Shown one piece after another: positions 58,809-64,000 of a stretch of DNA of 64,000 nt (position 1 is the stretch's first letter; the number at the start of each line of letters is the position of its first letter). The notes under the pieces are model-generated. The model saw only the letters and a list, made by a program, of their open reading frames with translations. It had not been told where the DNA came from and ran no database searches. A program made the translations under genes and the position numbers. The DNA is from an uncultured Pseudomonadales bacterium (GTDB lineage Bacteria > Patescibacteriota > Microgenomatia > UBA1400 > Chazhemtobacteraceae), in the NCBI GenBank assembly GCA_964618725.1, contig CAZUBK010000001.1:196908-260907 (forward strand). Reading direction: 5' to 3'.

Positions 58809-60428
58809 TTATTGTAGCTGATCGCAAAGTGGACTTTGGACGATAGAGCTCTGACACTTGAGACGAGGATTGGTTTGAAAGGCCTGAAAGCGAATCTCAC
58901 CCAGGGGATCCTTGATAACAAAGAGGGGACTGAGAGAGTGTTCGATTGTTTGGGAAGGCGAAATAGCGAGTGGACCACCGACAATGACCTGGTTTATGTA
59001 GACGTCGGTTTGCCAATCAATGTTACTAAAAGTTAAATTCCCAAAGGAAAGATTACCGTTAAATTCTGGGTGATAATAATAGTTGTGTTTGATCGAGGGA
59101 TCGGCTTCTTTCTGAAACCGGGCAGGCGGGTAGCGAAGAAAGAAAGCCAGGGCGGGGTAGGTGGGACTGAGTCTACCCTGATCGATGAGGAAGTGTTTTT
59201 TGGGATAGAGTTTGATTTGCTGGGCCAACTGATCGACTCCAAAGTCCCAGTATTTGGCGCGTTCTACCGGTAAGAGAAGGAAGTATGAATTGTAGAGTTG
59301 ACGAAGACTGAAGGAGAAAATGAGGAGTAGAAGAATAGGTGAAACTAGTTTGGGTATTCTTTCCAAAATTTGTTTTAGGCCTAAGGCGAGAATGATGCTT
59401 AAGGGGATAACTAAGGGGAGACTTCGATGACTTGAGAAGGGATCGTGGGTAAGAGCGGCAGGGATTGGCGAGAGAAAAAGAATGAGAAAAAGATATTTGT
59501 AAGGTAACTTAGCGCGATTAGAATAGAGCTGCAGTAACCCAAGAAAGTAGGGAATGAAGAGCCATAAGTAGAAGACGGCGAGACGAGGAATGGAGCGTTG
59601 AGGATCGGGGTCGGGAAGGAAAAACAAGGATTGAGGAGAAAAGTAGTTAAGATATTGAGAAGAGAATTCCCAAAGGAATCCTAAAAGAGTTGAGTTTCCT
59701 AAACTTAAGTTACCTTTTGTAAAAAAGGCAGGGGTAGTAAGAAGGTAGAACTGCGGTAATAGAAGAATAATACTGACAATGAGGCCCGCAAAAAAGTAGC
59801 GACGGGAAGGCTTGGAGAGGAGGATATCTTTGAAGAAAAGGAAATAGGAGACAAGATAAATGGGAACGAGAAAACGCTCCGAGTAGGCAGTGTACATAGA
59901 GAGAATGACGATAATGAGACCAGAGACGATGAAGACGGGACGGTGAAGGGAGATAAATAGGAACAGCCAGCCTAGAGCCAGGATAGCCATCCCAGGATTA
60001 ATTTCGTAGCCGGTCCTGGCGTAGAGGACAACCCAAGGAGACGTGGCAAGGATAAGGGCAGCCAGATTACTGACTTTACGGTTCTTAAACAGCTCTTGAG
60101 TGAGAAGATAAATAATGACGATACTAAGAAGGCCAAAAATGGCGGAAAGTGACCGAACGGCAAAAATAGTCGGGCCAAAGATGGTGACAAATGGAACGGC
60201 TGAATAGGTAAAAAGGGGGGGGCTATAAAAGCCAAAAAAGCGGAAAGTTACGGGAAAGGCCTTGCCCCACTCGTCTAGACCAGTTTTGGAAAGGGAGTAG
60301 GCGGTAAACCCGGGGAGGGCCTCGTCGACATAGAAGCCAGAGGGAATGCTACTCAGTTTGTAGAAGTACAAAACAAAGGCGAGAAGAAGCGTCAGAAAAA
60401 GCAAAAAGTAAGAGAGTGGCTTAGACAT
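58809..60428 (-). CDS. GT-C glycosyltransferase of the PMT/ArnT family.
   Basis: FYVDEALPGFTAYSLSKTGLDEWG motif. It has a C8 tract (plus-strand G8 at 60215..60222). Confidence 0.75.
   Translation of the reverse strand: MSKPLSYFLLFLTLLLAFVLYFYKLSSIPSGFYVDEALPGFTAYSLSKTGLDEWGKAFPVTFRFFGFYSPPLFTYSAVPFVTIFGPTIFAVRSLSAIFGLLSIVIIYLLTQELFKNRKVSNLAALILATSPWVVLYARTGYEINPGMAILALGWLFLFISLHRPVFIVSGLIIVILSMYTAYSERFLVPIYLVSYFLFFKDILLSKPSRRYFFAGLIVSIILLLPQFYLLTTPAFFTKGNLSLGNSTLLGFLWEFSSQYLNYFSPQSLFFLPDPDPQRSIPRLAVFYLWLFIPYFLGLLQLYSNRAKLPYKYLFLILFLSPIPAALTHDPFSSHRSLPLVIPLSIILALGLKQILERIPKLVSPILLLLIFSFSLRQLYNSYFLLLPVERAKYWDFGVDQLAQQIKLYPKKHFLIDQGRLSPTYPALAFFLRYPPARFQKEADPSIKHNYYYHPEFNGNLSFGNLTFSNIDWQTDVYINQVIVGGPLAISPSQTIEHSLSPLFVIKDPLGEIRFQAFQTNPRLKCQSSIVQSPLCDQLQ
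60215..60222. repeat. G8 (coding-strand C8) homopolymer inside GT-C gene 58809..60428; it encodes Pro-Pro.
   Basis: Read directly. Similar 7-mer tracts occur at 55653..55659, 57671..57677 and 58562..58568 in the neighbouring GT-C paralogs. Confidence 0.6.
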
Positions 60429-60834
60429 GTAAGGATTGTAGTCTTTTTAGTATTCTCAAGATACCTAATGAAATGGTGACAATGAAGAAAGGAAGTAGGG
60501 CCAGTGGTGGAGGAGAAGTTGTAGTAAACAAAATAAAGAAGAAAGCGGGGATTAAGTAGGAGAAGAAGATTAAAGGTGTGATAGAAGGAAGACCGAAAAG
60601 GAAAGGGAGTAGAAAGAGGGGATGAAGAAAGGCCTTTTCCTCTATGCCTCCTCGTTCGCGAGGATGGTTTTGAAAAAAGTAGAAATTAGGATCGAGGATT
60701 TCACCCAGATTTGTTTTAATTGTTTCTTTGTAATTGAGAACGAGAGGTCGAGGGAGAGAAACCAAGCTGATGGCAAGTGCCAGACAGGTAAAGAGAAGGC
60801 CTAACTTGTTTGGAGATAAATTAATCTTCTTCAT
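60421..60834 (-). CDS. Small hydrophobic membrane protein of 137 aa, hypothetical.
   Basis: Operonic 8-nt and 14-nt overlaps with the flanking GT-C genes, and a Pro/Leu/Phe-rich TM segment. Confidence 0.4.
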   Translation of the reverse strand: MKKINLSPNKLGLLFTCLALAISLVSLPRPLVLNYKETIKTNLGEILDPNFYFFQNHPRERGGIEEKAFLHPLFLLPFLFGLPSITPLIFFSYLIPAFFFILFTTTSPPPLALLPFFIVTISLGILRILKRLQSLHV

Positions 60835-62026
60835 GGGCCACGGGTAACAGTAGAAGAACTAAGTAGGCGACAAGCCAGGCTCGAGAGAGAGAAACAAGAC
60901 TAAGAATAGCGCTAGTTGAGGGAAGAAAAAAGCCGTTGCTGATGTTTAGTAGGTAGAAGAGACCAAGATTAAGTGAGGTGTCGAAAGAGGCAACAATGAT
61001 AGTCCAGCTTATGAGGGTAAAGATAAGAGGAAGAAAGTTTTTTGTCTTTATAGCAAAATAGATGAACCAGGGGGTGAGCCAGAGAAGCCATTGGGGATGG
61101 AAATGGGTAAAAGTGAGACTACTAAACAAGGCGGCGGCGAGAGCTGGGAAAAGCGAGATTTTTCTGTAGACAACTAAACCGATTACCAGAGTATAGAAGA
61201 TAAAGAACCAGGAGATGTCGTGTCCGGAGGCAACCGAGATACCGGCATAAGTGCTTTTAGTGATCTGGTCGGCGTAAAGAGCGTAGTAGCGATAAATAGG
61301 AGAGAAAATAAAGGGAAGAATACCAAGAAAGTAGGTAACAATGCCAAAAGAAATATTGGTGAGAGCAAAGCGAAGACTCTTCTTTTGGAAGTAGAGATAG
61401 AGAGCTAAGACAGGAAGAACAATAACGGCAGCTGGCTTGACTAGAGCAGATAGAGCGATAAAGACAGCAGCATGATGGAAGTGGCTCTTTTTCAGGGCGA
61501 TGAGGGCGAGAACGAGAAAAAAGGTAATGATGATATCGACTTGACCGATCATTGAGGAGACATAGATAGCGAGCGGATTAAGTGCCCAAACTATTTTGGC
61601 TAGACTCTTGTTTCTCTTGTCATCAAAAAGCTTAGGAATAGTAAAGATGATGGCAATGTCGGCGAGAATAAGCGGGAGCTTGTAGATAAATAAGGGGAGG
61701 TAGGGGGCTGCGTGGTTCCAAGAACCGGAAATGACTTGATCGGAGGCGCCTCTGAGAATGAGAAAGAAAGGAAGATAAACAAATGAGGGGAGAAGATAGG
61801 CGAGAGGTTGATAGTTTAGGATCATCTGATGGGGGAAGAGTCGGGCGATACCGTTGATATATTCGACGCCATAATCATAGAAATTTAGCCAATGTCCATC
61901 GAGAACAATAATCTTACTCGCAAAGGCGAGGATACTGAGATCGGGATGATAGGTAAAAATGGATAATACAAGACGCAGGATAATGCCGAAAACAATGACC
62001 AAAGAGACTAGTGAGATTTTTTTCAT
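60821..62026 (-). CDS. Polytopic membrane glycosyltransferase-like protein (GT-C-like, different subfamily).
   Basis: 401 aa with about 11 TM helices and a first-loop LDGHWLNFYDYG motif. Confidence 0.55.
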   Translation of the reverse strand: MKKISLVSLVIVFGIILRLVLSIFTYHPDLSILAFASKIIVLDGHWLNFYDYGVEYINGIARLFPHQMILNYQPLAYLLPSFVYLPFFLILRGASDQVISGSWNHAAPYLPLFIYKLPLILADIAIIFTIPKLFDDKRNKSLAKIVWALNPLAIYVSSMIGQVDIIITFFLVLALIALKKSHFHHAAVFIALSALVKPAAVIVLPVLALYLYFQKKSLRFALTNISFGIVTYFLGILPFIFSPIYRYYALYADQITKSTYAGISVASGHDISWFFIFYTLVIGLVVYRKISLFPALAAALFSSLTFTHFHPQWLLWLTPWFIYFAIKTKNFLPLIFTLISWTIIVASFDTSLNLGLFYLLNISNGFFLPSTSAILSLVSLSRAWLVAYLVLLLLPVAHEED

Positions 62027-62044
62027 AAGGTGATTTTAAGCTTT

Positions 62045-62854
62045 TTAGTCGCGAAAGCGTTTGCGTCTTAATATTACTTGCCATTTGTGTCCAGTCCATA
62101 AAGTTAGATTGAGTAGCTTAGAATATCGTTTACCAAAATAGGTCTCGGCCGATTGAAGAAGTGGACTTTGCAAATGTTCCTTGAAGTTGCCGCTCGCACC
62201 GTGGGCATGTTTTACTTTAGCTCTTGGAAAATAGTAGAGAGGGAGATTGTTGGTTTTTAGCTTGCGGCAAAAGTCGAAGTCCTCGTAGTATAGAAAATAC
62301 TTTTCGTTTAAGCCACCAATATTATTGATGGTTTCCCGAGGAATCAAGAAGGCGGCCATAACTGCCACGTCAACTTTCTGGGCACGATTGCCAGGGAGAT
62401 ATTTACCAAAACAGGTTTTGCAATTTAAGAAGTTTTTCTTGATTGCATTCAAAATGGTGGGGAAATGAAAGACTGAAGCTTGGGGATGGCCGTCCAGATC
62501 AAGGAGTCGAGGGGCAACTGCACCAAGGGGAAATGTCTTTTGGGCGAAGTCGTAGAGGAGACTTAGGCAGTCCCCGACTACTCGAGTATCGGGGTTAAGG
62601 AGAAGAAGGTACTCCCCGGTCGACTGACCTATTCCCTGATTGACTCCCTTAGAGAAGCCTTGGTTGAGTTTACTGGCAATGACAGTGGGCTTAAGGGGGT
62701 GGCTCTTGGCGACTTTGATGGAATCGTCAGAGGAGGCGTTGTCGACAATAATAACCTCTTTGTTAAGTTTGTCCTTAGAATTCTTGATTGAAGTAAGAAG
62801 GCCAGGAAGATGCTTGGCTGAGTTGTAAGAAACGATGATAATGCTTAGGTCCAT
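62045..62854 (-). CDS. GT2-family glycosyltransferase.
   Basis: LSIIIVSYNSAKHL...VIIVDNASSDDS. Confidence 0.8.
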   Translation of the reverse strand: MDLSIIIVSYNSAKHLPGLLTSIKNSKDKLNKEVIIVDNASSDDSIKVAKSHPLKPTVIASKLNQGFSKGVNQGIGQSTGEYLLLLNPDTRVVGDCLSLLYDFAQKTFPLGAVAPRLLDLDGHPQASVFHFPTILNAIKKNFLNCKTCFGKYLPGNRAQKVDVAVMAAFLIPRETINNIGGLNEKYFLYYEDFDFCRKLKTNNLPLYYFPRAKVKHAHGASGNFKEHLQSPLLQSAETYFGKRYSKLLNLTLWTGHKWQVILRRKRFRD

Positions 62855-62887
62855 TAAACGTAATTGTGCTGGAGAAACCGAATAAAT

Positions 62888-63775
62888 TCAAGTTGAAGTG
62901 CCTTGTGAGAGTAGAGACAATATTTGACGATCAGTCAGTTTAGCTTGGTGACGATTATGGATTCTTTCTTTGGCGACTTGAGGATAGAAACGCATGGCTG
63001 CGAGAATAACTTTGATATAGCCTGGGTGTTTGATAGTATGGCTAACAAGAAACTTGAAGTGTGATACCGCCAGATCCCGATCGGTTAGATTCTGCCAATG
63101 AAAGAGTAACTCATTTCTTTGTTTGAGAAGGCTAACAAAGTTCTTGTTAAGTTTCTTGAAAGTAGATTCGTGTTGATGATCAACCAAGGACTGTGGATCC
63201 CAGATGATCTGGTAACCCTGTTTTAGCGCCCGCCAACCAAGATCAATATCTTCAAAGTAGCCAGGGGAGTATATTTCGTTGTATCCACCCAATTTGTCCC
63301 AAATCTTTTTTTTGAGAATGCAACTTCCTCCGGAGGCCCATGCAATTGAGCGCGCTTTAGAGCGGTCGTTACCTTCTATGAACTGAACTTTGCCGTTGTG
63401 CCAGCTTACCTTAGGCCAACTGTGTTGTTTTTCGGCAAAGGTAACGGCAAAGACCTTAGGATCATTCAGGCGCTTCAAGGCGGAGTCAAGATATCCCTTC
63501 TCTGGAGAGACGTCGTTATTGAGCAGGACGACTAGATCAGTGCTGGTATGAGCTACGGCCTGGTTTGTGTTTTTGGGGAAACCAAGATTCTTTAGGTTTC
63601 TTTGAAAAACTATTTTTGGGTACTTACGCGCCATGAACTCGGGGGTGTCGTCAGTGCCGGCATCGTCATAGACATAGATCTTGTCCACCATAGGCGAGTT
63701 CTTAATGACACTAGGCAGATGCTTCTCTAAGAGATGGCGGCCGTTGAAAGAGGTGATAACAATGGAGTAGTTCAT
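62888..63775 (-). CDS. GT2-family glycosyltransferase.
   Basis: YSIVITSFNGRHLL...YVYDDAGTDDT and LLNNDVSPE. Confidence 0.8.
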   Translation of the reverse strand: MNYSIVITSFNGRHLLEKHLPSVIKNSPMVDKIYVYDDAGTDDTPEFMARKYPKIVFQRNLKNLGFPKNTNQAVAHTSTDLVVLLNNDVSPEKGYLDSALKRLNDPKVFAVTFAEKQHSWPKVSWHNGKVQFIEGNDRSKARSIAWASGGSCILKKKIWDKLGGYNEIYSPGYFEDIDLGWRALKQGYQIIWDPQSLVDHQHESTFKKLNKNFVSLLKQRNELLFHWQNLTDRDLAVSHFKFLVSHTIKHPGYIKVILAAMRFYPQVAKERIHNRHQAKLTDRQILSLLSQGTST

Positions 63776-64000
63776 AAACGTTTTTTGATCCCGAGATAGA
63801 AACTAAATATACTTGTGACTACTAAGGAGATCGATGAGATAAGTAAACCACGGCGGAAAGACAAAGGCGAGTAATGGAATACTACGTTGTGTTCACCTGG
63901 TGGGACGATAATAGATCTCAAGGCACCATTGGCCTGATAGATTTTGGTTTCCTGGTCATCGATGTAGGCCTGCCAGTCGGTGACGTAGGTATCAGCTAGG
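63772..64000 (-). CDS. C-terminal fragment of a membrane protein (YfhO/GT-C-like tail). The gene begins beyond the right edge of the window.
   Basis: My hand translation gives an open minus-strand frame to the window end, ...YQANGALRSIIVPPGEHNVVFHYSPLSFRRGLLISSISLVVTSIFSFYLGIKKRL, followed by a stop. There is an ATGA overlap with the GT2 start at 63775. Confidence 0.4.
   Translation of the reverse strand, partial: LADTYVTDWQAYIDDQETKIYQANGALRSIIVPPGEHNVVFHYSPLSFRRGLLISSISLVVTSIFSFYLGIKKRL

Noticed and set aside
58805-58984. ATG-initiated 5' extension of GT-C gene 57089..58984.
   Set aside because: It overlaps the upstream same-strand gene by 176 nt. A GTG at about 58804 gives a 4-nt intergenic gap and leaves all TM helices and the DE motif intact.

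Overview
This 64 kb window is a compact, low-GC (about 40%) bacterial locus that is almost entirely cell-surface glycan and protein-glycosylation machinery. It has many 4-nt ATGA start/stop overlaps and canonical AGGAGG ribosome-binding sites. I found no rRNA, tRNA, CRISPR array or transposase.

Glycosyltransferases (about 27):
- 13 complete multi-TM GT-C-type membrane glycosyltransferases plus one partial gene at the right edge. Several clearly belong to the PMT/ArnT-like (GT39/GT83) family and carry a DE-x5-GY[NT]AYSL first-loop motif. Many sit in tandem paralogous pairs or arrays.
- 11 GT2 genes, including polyprenol-phosphate sugar synthase types.
- 2 GT4 genes.
- 1 HP-motif GT-B-like protein.

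Nucleotide-sugar modules:
- NeuB/NeuA (nonulosonic acid).
- A complete GDP-D-glycero-alpha-D-manno-heptose route (gmhA twice, hddA, gmhB, hddC) next to a transaldolase.
- GDP-fucose (gmd, fcl).
- The CDP-3,6-dideoxyhexose E1 dehydrase (rfbH) with a reductase/epimerase.
- A UDP-sugar dehydrogenase, Gfo/Idh/MocA oxidoreductase and epimerase block.
- Several SDRs and a xylose-isomerase-like TIM-barrel enzyme.

Tailoring and export:
- Five methyltransferases, three of them FkbM-type.
- A hexapeptide acetyltransferase.
- A B12-binding radical SAM enzyme preceded by a small ferredoxin.
- A Wzm/Wzt ABC exporter whose Wzt carries a long C-terminal extension.

Non-glycan items:
- A HepT/MNT toxin-antitoxin pair wedged between glycosyltransferase genes.
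- An orphan 427-aa protein with its own promoter and RBS.
- A tiny stand-alone unit (promoter, RBS, 82-aa ORF, terminator) among the GT-C genes.
- Several sigma70-like promoters, hairpin terminators and an inverted-repeat operator-like site.

C7/C8/G8 homopolymer tracts lie inside GT-C and SDR genes and are candidate phase-variation switches.

Taxonomic origin is inferred only: the PMT-like GT-C expansion with low GC is typical of CPR/Patescibacteria-like or other small-genome bacteria. Hand-counted coordinates of motifs may be off by one or two bases.
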